Source: Macrostomum lignano (lineage: Eukaryota). From it: a DNA stretch of 64,000 nucleotides. The notes beneath the pieces are model-generated. The model was given only the letters and a program-made list of their open reading frames with translations, searched no databases and was not told where the DNA came from. A program made the translations under genes and the position numbers. The stretch spans positions 186,001 through 250,000 of the forward strand of contig NIVC01001291.1 of the NCBI GenBank assembly GCA_002269645.1. The letters are read 5' to 3'. This document shows positions 14,464 through 27,457 of the stretch, piece by piece; the stretch's first letter is position 1, and every line of letters begins with the position of its first letter.

Positions 14464-14970
14464 CCTGCCCCTTCCATCACCCTGCCCCCTTCCATCACCC
14501 TGCCCCCTTCCATCACCCTGCCCCCTTCCACCACCCTGCCCCCTTCCATCACCCTGCCCCATTCCACCACCCTGCCCCCTTCCACCACCCTGCCCCCTTC
14601 CATCACCCTGCCCCCTTCCACCACCCTGCCCCCTTCCACCACCCTGCCCCCTTCCATCACCCTGCCCCTTCCACCACCCTGCCCCTTCCACCACCCTGCC
14701 CCTTCCACCACCCTGCCCCTTCCACCACCCTGCCCCCTTCCACCACCCTGCCCCTTCCACCACCCTGCCCCTTCCATCACCCTGCCCCTTCCATCACCCT
14801 GCCCCCTTCCATCACCCTGCCCCCCTTACACCACCCTGCCCCCTTCCATCACCCGCCCCTTCCATCACCATGCCCCCTTCCATCACCCTGCCCCCTTCCA
14901 TCACCCTGCCCCCTTCCATCACCATGCCCCTTCCACCACCCTGCCCCCTTCCACCACCCTGCCATCACCC
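14464..14970. repeat. C-rich ~18-bp minisatellite (cccttccatcaccctgcc)
   Basis: Tandem copies with length variants. Minus strand carries repeated GGGGG/GGG runs. Confidence 0.9.
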
Positions 14971-15003
14971 TACTTGTAACAGAATTGACTCTGATCTGGC
15001 GTC

Positions 15004-15472
15004 TTTTAGAAACCCCTGTCACCTTCTAGACACCCCAGTCACCTTCCAGACACCCCAGCCACCTTCCAGACATCCCAGTCACCTTCTAGACACCCCAGTC
15101 ACCTTCCAGCCACCCCAGTCACCTTCTAGACATCCCAGCCACCTTCCAGACACCCCTGTCACCTTCTAGACACCCCTGTCACCTTGCAGACACCCCTGTC
15201 ACCTTGCAGACACCCCTGTCACCTTCTAGACACCCCTGTCACCTTCCAGCCACCCCTGTCACCTTCTAGACACCCCTGTCACCTTCTAGACACCCCTGTC
15301 ACCTTCTAGACACCCCTGTCACCTTCTAGACACCCCTGTCACCTTCTAGACACCCCTGTCACCTTGCAGACACCCCTGTCACCTTCTAGACACCCCTGTC
15401 ACCTTGCAGACACCCCTGTCACCTTCTAGACACCCCAGCCACCTTCCAGACACCCCTGTCACCTTCCAGACA
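15004..15472. repeat. 20-bp minisatellite (accttctagacacccctgtc)
   Basis: About 23 tandem copies. Confidence 0.92.
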
Positions 15473-16330
15473 TTGTCACAAAAGTCCACCAGAACAATTC
15501 TAAAAAAAGTGGCGCCATAAACATTCCATATTCCACGCCAACCATCTGTAAATTCCATCTCACAAGGCTTAATGCGATTATTGTTTTTCTCAGACCCCAG
15601 TTTTCCTCAAATTTCATCTCAAGAAGTGGCACAATAATCAGTCTCGCTAGTGCAGCTCTGGCCCATTCGCTCAGCTGGCGAAGCGTGGAATGGGAAATCG
15701 CGACTTGCACCATGCGGCCGAGAGGCGCCTCGCCTTGAAGCGCTGGCTGATTGAGTTCCCGGCAGGCACTGATACCGAATGCTCACAGCTGCAGGCCTTC
15801 TTGCCCTATCGCTATAGGAATTCCTTCTGGAGACTACTGGGCGAGGGGGCTGCCGCAGTGGCTCCCCTGTCTCTCTCTCCATCTCTCTCAGAGGCGGTCG
15901 ATAGACTGACTGACTGACTGACTGCTCACTCAGAGATGAACTGGGTGGCTGGCTCGCTCAGCTAATCAGAAACTGTGTTAGCAACATCGGCTCAACAGCC
16001 CTAGCGTCGCTCAAATATCCTGTCTAGCAATAGCATAGTGAGTGTCCATTAGCTGGGCCCTGGTCGTAGCCGAGTAGCCCGGCAACGCGGCCGGCACAGA
16101 GGGAGTCTTTATTAAATTATCCAGGAATATAAAAGAGGGACTTCCAACCCGGCTGAAGCGATGCGGGTAGGCTGATGGGATATGAGAGACTGGCTGGCGG
16201 ATAGGGATCAATCCTGAGGGATTAATTTATTCCGACAGAGGGCCAGAGAAGCTCAACGAAAGTGCGCTTTGTACTTCGGAATTACTATTAGCATATGGCC
16301 GAAAATAGTCTAGAAACCTCTGTCCGATCT

Positions 16331-19300
16331 GCCACCGTGTGATTTTGATTGGTTGTCAGGTGAGCCACAGCTTGTGATTTTGATTGGTTGTCAGGTGAGC
16401 CACAGTGTGTGATTTTGATTGGTTGTCAGGTGAGCCACAGCTTGTGATTTTGATTGGTTGTCAGGTGAGCCACAGCTTGTGATTTTGATTGGTTGTCAGG
16501 TGAGCCACAGTGTGTGATTTTGATTGGTTGTCAGGTGAGCCACAGCTTGTGATTTTGATTGGTTGTCAGGTGAGCCACAGCTTGTGATTTTGATTGGTTG
16601 TCAGGTGAGCCACAGCTTGTGATTTTGATTGGTTGTCAGGTGAGCCACAGCTTGTGATTTTGATTGGTTGTAAGGTTTGCCACAGTGTGTGATTTTGATT
16701 GGTTGTCAGGTGTGCCACAGCTTGTGATTTTGATTGGTTGTAAGGTTTGCCACAGTGTGTGATTTTGATTGGTTGTCAGGTGTGCCACAGTGTGTGATTT
16801 TGATTGGTTGTCAGGTGAGCCACAGCTTGTGATTTTGATTGGTTGTAAGGTTTGCCACAGTGTGTGATTTTGATTGGTTGTAAGGTTTGCCACAGTGTGT
16901 GATTTTGATTGGTTGTCAGGTGTGCCACAGCTTGTGATTTTGATTGGTTGTAAGGTTTGCCACAGTGTGTGATTTTGATTGGTTGTAAGGTTTGCCACAG
17001 TGTGTGATTTTGATTGGTTGTCAGGTGTGCCACAGCTTGTGATTTTGATTGGTTGTCAGGTGTGCCACAGTGTGTGATTTTGATTGGTTGTCAGGTGTGC
17101 CACAGCTTGTGATTTTGATTGGTTGTAAGGTTTGCCACAGTGTGTGATTTTGATTGGTTGTAAGGTTTGCCACAGTGTGTGATTTTGATTGGTTGTCAGG
17201 TGAGCCACAGCTTGTGATTTTGATTGGTTGTCAGGTGAGCCACAGCTTGTGATTTTGATTGGTTGTCAGGTGAGCCACAGTGTGTGATTTTGATTGGTTG
17301 TCAGGTGAGCCACAGCTTGTGATTTTGATTGGTTGTCAGGTGAGCCACAGCTTGTGATTTTGATTGGTTGTCAGGTGAGCCACAGCTTGTGATTTTGATT
17401 GGTTGTCAGGTGAGCCACAGCTTGTGATTTTGATTGGTTGTAAGGTTTGCCACAGTGTGTGATTTTGATTGGTTGTCAGGTGTGCCACAGCTTGTGATTT
17501 TGATTGGTTGTAAGGTTTGCCACAGTGTGTGATTTTGATTGGTTGTCAGGTGTGCCACAGTGTGTGATTTTGATTGGTTGTCAGGTGAGCCACAGCTTGT
17601 GATTTTGATTGGTTGTAAGGTTTGCCACAGTGTGTGATTTTGATTGGTTGTAAGGTTTGCCACAGTGTGTGATTTTGATTGGTTGTCAGGTGTGCCACAG
17701 CTTGTGATTTTGATTGGTTGTAAGGTTTGCCACAGTGTGTGATTTTGATTGGTTGTAAGGTTTGCCACAGTGTGTGATTTTGATTGGTTGTCAGGTGTGC
17801 CACAGCTTGTGATTTTGATTGGTTGTCAGGTGTGCCACAGTGTGTGATTTTGATTGGTTGTCAGGTGTGCCACAGCTTGTGATTTTGATTGGTTGTAAGG
17901 TTTGCCACAGTGTGTGATTTTGATTGGTTGTAAGGTTTGCCACAGTGTGTGATTTTGATTGGTTGTCAGGTGTGCCACAGCTTGTGATTTTGATTGGTTG
18001 TAAGGTTTGCCACAGTGTGTGATTTTGATTGGTTGTAAGGTTTGCCACAGTGTGTGATTTTGATTGGTTGTCAGGTGTGCCACAGCTTGTGATTTTGATT
18101 GGTTGTCAGGTGTGCCACAGTGTGTGATTTTGATTGGTTGTCAGGTGTGCCACAGCTTGTGATTTTGATTGGTTGTCAGGTGTGCCACAGCTTGTGATTT
18201 TGATTGGTTGTCAGGTGAGCCACAGCTTGTGATTTTGATTGGTTGTCAGGTGAGCCACAGCTTGTGATTTTGATCGGTTGTCAGGTGTGCCACAGCTTGT
18301 GATGTTGATTGATTGTCAGGTGTGCCACAACTTGTGATATTGATTGATTTTCAGGTGTACCACAGCTTGTGATTTTGATTGGTTGTCAGGTGAGCCACAG
18401 CTTGTGATTTTGATTGGTTGTCAGGTGAGCCACAGTGTTTGATTTTGATTGGTTGTCAGGTGTGCCACAGTGTGTGATTTTGATTGGTTGTCAGGTGAGC
18501 CACAGCTTGTGATTTTGATTGGTTGTCAGGTGAGCCACAGCTTGTGATTTTGATTGGTTGTCAGGTGAGCCACAGTGTGTGATTTTGATTGGTTGTAAGG
18601 TTTGCCACAGCTTGTGATTTTGATTGGTTGTCAGGTGAGCCACAGCTTGTGATTTTGATTGGTTGTCAGGTGTGCCACAGTGTGTGATTTTGATTGGTTG
18701 TAAGGTGAGCCACAGCTTGTGATGTTGATTGGTTGTCAGGTGTGCCACAGCTTGTGATTTTGATTGGTTGTCAGGTGTGCCACAGCTTGTGATTTTGATT
18801 GGTTGTCAGGTGTGCCACAGCTTGTGATATTGATTGATTGTCAGGTGTGCCACAGCTTGTGATTTTGATTGGTTGTAAGGTGAGCCACAGTGTGTGATTT
18901 TGATTGGTTGTAAGGTGAGCCACAGCTTGTGATTTTGATTGGTTGTCAGGTGTGCCACAGCTTGTGATTTTGATTGATTGTCAGGTGTGCCACAACTTGT
19001 GATATTGATTGATTTTCAGGTGTACCACAGCTTGTGATTTTGATTGGTTGTCAGGTGAGCCACAGTGTTTGATTTTGATTGGTTGTCAGGTGTGCCACAG
19101 TGTGTGATTTTGATTGGTTGTCAGGTGAGCCACAGCTTGTGATGTTGATTGGTTGTCAGGTGAGCCACAGCTTGTGATGTTGATTGATTGTCAGGTGTGC
19201 CACAACTTGTGATATTGATTGATTTTCAGGTGTACCACAGCTTGTGATTTTGATTGGTTGTCAGGTGAGCCACAGTGTTTGATTTTGATTGGTTGTCAGG

Positions 19301-20038
19301 TGTGCCACAGTGTGTGATTTTGATTGGTTGTCAGGTGAGCCACAGATTGTGATTTTGATTGGTTGTCAGGTGAGCCACAGCTTGTGATGTTGATTGGTTG
19401 TCAGGTGAGCCACAGTGTGTGATTTTGATTGGTTGTCAGGTGAGCCACAGCTTGTGATTTTGATTGGTTGTCAGGTGAGCCACAGCTTGTGATTTTGATT
19501 GGTTGTCAGGTGTGCCACAGCTTGTGATGTTGATTGGTTGTCAGGTGAGCCACAGTGTGTGATTTTGATTGGTTGTCAGGTGAGCCACAGCTTGTGATGT
19601 TGATTGATTGTCAGGTGAGCCACAGCTTGTGATGTTGATTGGTTGTCAGGTGTGCCACAGTGTGTGATTTTGATTGGTTGTCAGGTGAGCCACAGCTTGT
19701 GATTTTGATCGGTTGTCAGGTGAGCCACAGCTTGTGATTTTGATTGGTTGTCAGGTGTGCCACAGCTTGTGATGTTGATTTATTGTCAGGTGTGCCACAG
19801 CTTGTGATTTTGATTGGTTGTAAGGTGAGCCACAGCTTGTGATTTTGATTGGTTGTCAGGTGAGCCACAGTGTGTGATTTTGATTGGTTGTCAGGTGTGC
19901 CACAGTGTGTGATTTTGATTGGTTGTCAGGTGTGCCACAGCTTGTGATATTGATTTATTGTCAGGTGTGCCACAGCTTGTGATTTTGATTGGTTGTCAGG
20001 TGAGCCACAGCTTGTGATTTTGATTGGTTGTCAGGTGT
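16331..20038. repeat. 35-bp minisatellite (gtgagccacagcttgtgattttgattggttgtcag), ~106 copies
   Basis: Exact 35-bp period. A 770-bp (22-unit) internal duplication gives identical ORFs at 16636 and 17406. Confidence 0.96.
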
Positions 20039-20769
20039 GAAAGAATCGCTTGATCCCATTGCTTAAGAATCACTAGAAGTTTCTGAAATATTCACTCAAA
20101 TGTGCTCTTCTTTGCGCAATGCGTTGGCAAGAGAGAAAGTGTGAAGTTTGCAGACCGCCACAATGGCACAGTGACTAAATCGACTCTATTTGAATAGCAG
20201 CCTAGAAAAGTTTCTCCAAAATTTTCTGTGCATTCTCTTTCTTCTCTTCCTGAGGTAGGGTGCCGTAATAGGGTGGCAGAGATGCAGGGGAGAGAGGGGT
20301 GACCACCCAGCAAGAGGTCGCAGGAGAGCGGGTCAGGGCAGGCGCCTATGCATGCGTGCAGACGGACAAAAAAAAGTTGGTACTGCACTTGGAAACTAAC
20401 TCTCTCTCTCTCGCTTAGAGGTTTCACTTGGCTGAACATGCCAAATAGAACAGCTAGTCGTTATCGGGCGTATGCCCAGTCAGCCTTGGTCTCTGTTGCA
20501 ATTTAAAGATATTTATTGCAATGGCAAATAATCTATTATAATTTAGAAGTATGCGGCTTAGTAACCTCTGAGTCGGATGTGCTGGCAGCGACAAAGGAGA
20601 GGTTAGGGTCTAGACTCGGCTGGAAATGTAAGTTAACTTTAAGTGAGTTTTTCTGCTTTTAGCGTGAATGGCATGAATTAATTATGCATGTAGAAAATAT
20701 ACTTGAACAATACATCGTGATACTGACTCAGTTGGACAGGTGGATACAGGTAGACTAAAGTATGGAATA

Positions 20770-21000
20770 AAAGGGAGAGGTAGATAAAAAGGAAGAAGCA
20801 GAGTGAGAGGGAGGAGAAGGAGAGGGAGAGAGGGAGAGTGATGAGAGGAGAGGGAGAGAGAAAGGGAGAGGGAGAGGGAGAAGGTGAGTGGGAAGAGGAA
20901 GAGGGAGAGAGAGTGATGAGAGGGAGAGGGAGTGAGGTGAGCCAGAGGGAGAGGGAGAGGGAGAGGGAGAGGGGGAGAGAAAGGGAGAGAGAGGGAATGA
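20770..21000. repeat. purine-rich (AGGGAG/GA) low-complexity tract
   Basis: Almost exclusively A/G on the + strand. Confidence 0.8.
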
Positions 21001-21697
21001 AGGTGCAGAAGGTGCAGAAATTCCCTTTAAAATACCTTTAAAAGGAGGTGCAATTATTTGTGGAAAATTTCCAAGCCCAGTGTTAAGGACGCCAGCTCGC
21101 AGTCCAGTTGGTGAGCATAGCCAAAGCAGTTCTAAAGCAGGTCACCGAAACCACCAGGAGAAGCAGAGACCGAAGGCCGCAAGAAGAAGCCAAGCACGAG
21201 CGCGAGGTGCCAGCTTTGCCCAATAAAAAGACGAGAAACGATAAACGCAAATTGGCGACTGAATTCTCAAATTAGAAAATCCGCCGCCACTGGCTGGGAA
21301 TGATAGAGGCTGGGAATGATGGAGGCTGGGAATGATGGAGGGGAAGCGGTGGTCCCCTCTGTCGCGCTAGGGAAATGCAAATTGCGAACTCCCTCCAGGG
21401 AGACTGGGGAGAAGAGAAGAGGAGGATGAGGAAACGCAATTTTCTGGGTCCCCTGCCGCAACGGAGTGCGGAGCGTCTGCTTTGGAGCCGAAAAGAGAAC
21501 CGGGGTTGCCAGGCCGCGGAGCTCTGGGGCATGCAGCTGTGGAACTGCTATCAGCTGACTCATCCTGCCTGCGCGGTGTGCGAGATCGATGGCTGTTAGT
21601 GGAGTTGGAAGTATTGATCCTGGCATTATATCGGATTCCCAATGCCTGATGCCCGCCTAGGATAGACAGATCTCACCCTGATAGATTACTGGCCATG

Positions 21698-22140
<443 letters not shown>

Positions 22141-22660
22141 GTACATAGATAGCACTCCAAGCGAACTCAGACAGTCAGCACCAAGTCCCAAAACTGCACC
22201 CAAACCCCTTTTCCCGGCTTCCAGGGATTCTGCAGCCAGTCTTGACTACAGCACCGGCAGCGGCGGCGGCAGCGGCGGCGGCAGCGGCAGAGGCGAAAAC
22301 AGGATATCCCTTTTCCAGGAATTCGGCGTTAACGACCCCCTCACCGTGGAGATGGATTCGGACACGGCCGCCTTTCTGTAAGCCCCAAGCACAGCCCCCG
22401 CGCTAATGCGCCACTAAAAGGCATAAAACCGCTGCCGGCCCCGGCAAACAGCAAATTGGTGCCACTCCAACCGGATCGAATTGCCCACCTGTGCAAACAA
22501 GCCGTTAAAGCTTTCCCTAATCCTGTTTTGCCAACCAACACTAATTGGAGAGTCCGATTGCGTTCCAACAGATTGATGGGCAGATATTGAAAACGGGGAT
22601 GCTTGAAGAGGGAAATATTGGGCTTGCTGAATAAACAAAAGGTATGGGATAGCATCGACT

Positions 22661-23703
22661 GCTGCTTTTGGTAGACACTCTACCAATGCTGATTTGGGTA
22701 GACACTCTACCAATGCTGTTTCGGGTAGACACTTTACCAATGCTGATTTGGGTAGACACTCTACCAATGCTGATTTAGGTAGACACTCTACCAATGCTGA
22801 TATGGGTAGACACTCTACCAATGCTGATTTGGGTAGACACTCTACCAATGCTGATTTGGGTAGACACTCTACCAATGCTGATTTGGGTAGACACTCTACC
22901 AATGCTGATATGGGTAGACACTCTACCAATGCTGATTTAGGTAGACACTCTACCAATGCTGATATGGGTACTGGTAAACACTCTAACAACGCTGATTTAG
23001 GTAGAAACTCTACCAATGCTGATTTGGGTAGACACTACTCTACCAATGCTGATTTGGGTAGACACTCTACCAATGCTGATTTGGGTACTGGTAAACACTC
23101 TACCAATGCTGATTTGGGTACTGGTGGACACTCTACCAATGCTGATTTGGGTACTGGTAGACACTCTACCAATGCTGATTTGGGTAGACACTACTCTACC
23201 AATGCTGATTTGGGTAGACACTCTACCAATGCTGATTTGGGTAGACACTCTACCAATGCTGATTTGGGTAGACACTCTACCAATGCTGATTTGGGTAGAC
23301 ACTCTACCAATGCTGATTTGGGTAGACACTCTACCAATGCTGATTTGGGTAGACACTGCTCTACCAATGCTGATTTGGGTAGACACTCTACCAATGCTGT
23401 TTCGGGTAGACACTCTACCAATGCTGTTTCGGGTAGACACTCTACCAATGCTGTTTCGGGTAGACACTCTACCAATGCTTTTTGGGTACTGGTAGACACT
23501 CTACCAATGCTGATTTGGGTAGACACTACTCTGCCAATGCTGTTTCGGGTAGACACTCTACCAATGCTGATTTGGGTAGACACTACTCTACCAATGCTGA
23601 TTTGGGTAGACACTCTACCAATGCTGATTTGGGTAGACACTACTCTACCAATGCTGATTTGGGTAGACACTCTACCGATGCTGTTTTGGGTAGACACTCT
23701 ACT
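22661..23703. repeat. 27-bp minisatellite (ggtagacactctaccaatgctgatttg) with 30- and 33-bp variants
   Basis: Tandem copies. Each unit contains the hairpin GGTAGA-cac-TCTACC. Confidence 0.93.
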
Positions 23704-24477
23704 GTTCAGGCAAGTCAGGTCAGTAGGATTTCTATTTGTTCCAAAGAAGTTCAAAGCAAAACTGCCTGTCAGTCAACCGCCTGCGGATATTTGCAGTTCA
23801 GCTGAAAATTTTTGTTTTCTTTTTTAGCGAAAAGAAAACACTCGAAGAGGTGAAGAAAAGTCAAAGGGGATTTAAAAAGAGTGCCGAATGAGGCCACAGG
23901 AAGGAATTTGACTACACAGCCGGCCAGCTTCCCAGTTTGGAATTGGGAGCCGCGCGAGGTGCCTGTCGCGAATTTCTTCGCCCTAGCAACAACTGCGGCA
24001 GTGCACTTTCCAGCCGTTTGCCGCTCGGTGAAACAGCTTCGAAATCGAAGCGAAGTGTACAGAACAGAGCCTCATCTCCCATCCCCCACCCCAGGCTTGG
24101 AATGCGGCCATTCCATTCTGCTCCCCAATGCCTCCTGTCCTCCTTCCTCTTCAGTCTGAGACAATTGCGTCCACTTATGACTTTTTTCGTTCCTTTTTTG
24201 TGCCTGTTTCTGCCTGTCTAACCTGGCCGACCCGGCATAGCAACAGTTGCTGTGCGCTGTGCTGCGCAGATATTAGAGCCCCCCCCACCATGCCTAACTA
24301 TTAGGAAAGTAAGCTGCAAGTATGCAAGCTGTATCCACTTGAACCTGGCTGCTCGGGTCTGATATTTATAGATATACAACAAATGGGATATTTAGTGGCG
24401 CTGATAAAACAGTGTTGGGGCTTCAAAACTGAGTTTGGGGTTCTAGTTTCACCGTCCTAAATGGAGCTGAAACACAA

Positions 24478-25601
24478 ATAGGCGGCCAACAACAGGAACT
24501 AGGTGGCCAACAACAGGAACCAGGCTGTCAACAACAGGAACTGAGCAACCAACAACAGGAACTAGGCTGTCAACAACAGGAACTGAGCAACCAACAACAG
24601 GAACTAGACAACCAACAACAGGAACTAGGCGGCCAACAACAGGAACTAGGCGGCCAACAACAGGAACTAGGCAACCAACACCAGGAACTAGGCAACCAAC
24701 ACCAGGAACTAGGCAGTCAACAACAGGAACTAGGCGGCCAAGAACAGGAACTAGGCTGTCAACAACAGGAACTGAGCAGCCAACAACAGGAACTGAGCAA
24801 TCAACAACAGGAACTGAGCAGCCAACAACAGGAACCTGAGCAGCCAACAACAGGAACCTGAGCAATCAACAACAGGAACTAGGCAGCCAACAACAGGAAC
24901 TGGGCAATCAACAACAGGAACTAGGCAGCCAACAACAGGAACTAGGCAGCCAACAACAGGAACTAGGCAACCAACACCAGGAACTAGGCAACCAACAACA
25001 GGAACTAGGCAACCAACAACAGGAACTAGGCAACCAACACCAGGAACTAGGCAACCAACAACAGGAACTAGGCAACCAACAACAGGAACTAGGCGGCCAA
25101 CAACAGGAGCTAGGCAACCAACAACAGGAACTAAGCAACCAACAACAGGAACTAGGCAACCAACAACAGGAACTAGGCAGCCAACAACAGGAACTAGGCA
25201 ACCAACAACAGGAACTAGGCAGCCAACAACAGGAACTAAGCAACCAACAACAGGAACTAGGCAGCCAACAACAGGAACTAGGCAACCAACACCAGGAACT
25301 AGGCAACCAACAACAGGAACTAGGCAACCAACAACAGGAACTAGGCAACCAACACCAGGAACTAGGCAACCAACAACAGGAACTAGGCAACCAACAACAG
25401 GAACTAGGCGGCCAACAACAGGAGCTAGGCAACCAACAACAGGAACTAAGCAACCAACAACAGGAACTAGGCAACCAACAACAGGAACTAGGCAGCCAAC
25501 AACAGGAACTAGGCAACCAACAACAGGAACTAGGCAGCCAACAACAGGAACTAGGCAACCAACAACAGGAACTAGGCAACCAACAACAGGAACTGGGCAA
25601 T
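24478..25601. repeat. 21-bp minisatellite (ctaggcaaccaacaacaggaa), ~53 copies
   Basis: Tandem copies. The + frame reads as ELGNQQQ heptads. Confidence 0.93.
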
Positions 25602-26482
25602 CCCGATAAACAGGCCCTAAAATTTTTTTTTGCGAGCGGCCCTGCGCTCCAGTCTTTAGTGCGGTGCAGACTCCAAAACGGGATGAACTGAACAAAATGT
25701 GTTATGAGCTGAAATCGAGGAAATGGAGAATTTCTGCAATCCGCCAGACTCTACACACTCATTAATATTCCGAAGCACCGATGGAGCACGAAAAGTACAC
25801 ACAAAAAACATGCGCAGAGCCGCTGGCCTCTCTTGTTGACAATTAAAAAATCCCAAATATAGTCTTGGGACAGCTGAGTTTGCGGGCTGCCACATCCCAG
25901 TGAGAAGTTTTTCTTCTTCGCTGGGAAAAGTCCTGACGCGAAGGAAAACTGGTGCGCGAGCCTCCTGGGAGTTTGGGAGCGAGCTGCACCCAAAGTGGCC
26001 CAGAAACCTATCAATCATGCGCCGCTGCCTGTTGAACAATATTGAGAAACTTTTTTCCTTGGAAACTTCTACTAGCTGCAGCTTTCGCTTTCCCGGTGAG
26101 CTTGCAGCTTGCAAGTTGCGCAATTAACTTTTTTTCAAGACAGTCTCAGGGTGCTCCAGAGCTGCTCTCAAAGCGACGCCTGCGAGAAAGGAAGCTTGCA
26201 GTTTCTTAGCACTAAATTCACAATTTATTATCTTCTGGATTTCCGATTTGCAAATATCGGTGTTTTGTCTAAGGCGCACTCACAAGGCTCAAAATACAGT
26301 TCGGTTCCTCTTAAATGGATTTCGCAAAGATTTGCTTCAATTTGCCCGCTATTTCAAGTTTTTCGATAGTGTTAGAAAAATGTGAACTAATAAATATTCT
26401 CAGTTGCCTACTGATAAGTCAATCAATTCGGTAGCATAGTTCGCATTTTAATTGAAAATATCGCCTACTATTTTCACCATAG

Positions 26483-27457
26483 AATTCAACGAGCCTGGCG
26501 ACGGTACCGCGGCTACCGGGGTGTCAGCGGCGGCATCAGCGCGAGCAGCCGCTGCTGGCCGATCGATCAGGAGGCGGCCGAGGAGGAGGTGGCCCAGCGA
26601 ACCCTGGCCACTTCCGGCTACATGACCGCCAGCATCAGCAGCTGCTTCAGCAGCGACATCATGCGCAACTCCAACTCCTTCAGCGACTGGATGCGCGTCT
26701 CCGCCTCCAACACCGAGGACAACCTGGGCGGCGCTGCGGCCAGCGACGTTCCAACGGCGGCCTCGGCAACTCCGCTGCGCAGCCGCCGACTGGAACAGCT
26801 GAAAGAGGCTGACTCGCTCTCCATCATGTCTGACTGCTCCGAGCTCATGGGCGAGGTCGGCAAGCTGATGAAGGAGCAGCTGGCCAGCCAGGACGCCCTG
26901 CTCCGGCCCAAGCTGCACCCCCAGCGTCGCCACCGACTCCGACGTCGTCGTGGACGCTGCAGCCGACGTCCTCGACGACTTCCTCGCCGCAGCGTCGAGC
27001 TCAACAGCCGGCGTCGTCGTTGCGCGGTGACGGCGGCGGCGGTGCCTCTCAGCCGGAAGACCCGCAGGAGGCGGCCGAGGAGGCCAGGCGGGAGGAGCGG
27101 AAGGCCAACCTGCTCAGCCTGGCGCAGGAGTTCGCCGAGCTGAAGCGGCGCAACGCCCGCGCCCTGCCGTTTAACCTGCACCGGCTGGGTTGCGCCGGCT
27201 CCGAGGATGAGGACGACGAGGATGATGAAGACGGCACCGCGGGCGATAAGGCTGGAGATGCTGAACAAGGTGAAGAAACGACTGGCGAGACCTACAGCCT
27301 GGTGCCGGTGCCGCTGACCATGCTGACTGCGCCGGAGGCTCGCGAGCAGCGGCAGCAGCGGCTGGCGGGTCTCTTCGCTGCCGGGCACGGCTCGCTAACT
27401 GCCGCGGCAGCTGGAGCTGCTGCCGATGGCGAGTCGGCAGCTGTGCCGCTGAGGAGG
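26483..27457 (+). CDS. SCHIP1: IQ-motif-containing exon of an IQCJ-SCHIP1-like gene (two apparent +1 frameshifts near 26920 and 27020)
   Basis: Acceptor ttttcaccatag|26483. Reads (R)IQRAWRRYRGYR, resembling the IQCJ motif IIQRAWREY as recalled from the human protein, then a Ser-rich and acidic region and EERKANLLSLAQEFAELK. Strong phase-0 donor AGG|GTGAGT at 27457/27458. Linkage to the downstream SCHIP1 exons is inferred from phase and order. Confidence 0.6.

Noticed and set aside
16331-20038. CRISPR-like 35-bp repeats and the associated 85-120-aa ORFs
   Set aside because: No spacers. The ORFs are repeat translations.
22661-23703. CRISPR-like array (palindromic ~27-bp repeats)
   Set aside because: Repeats are contiguous with no unique spacers, there are no cas genes, and the context is eukaryotic.
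24449-25695. Minus-strand LVPVVGC and PSSCCWL ORFs
   Set aside because: Antisense readings of the 21-bp array. If any frame codes, the + ELGNQQQ frame is the better candidate.
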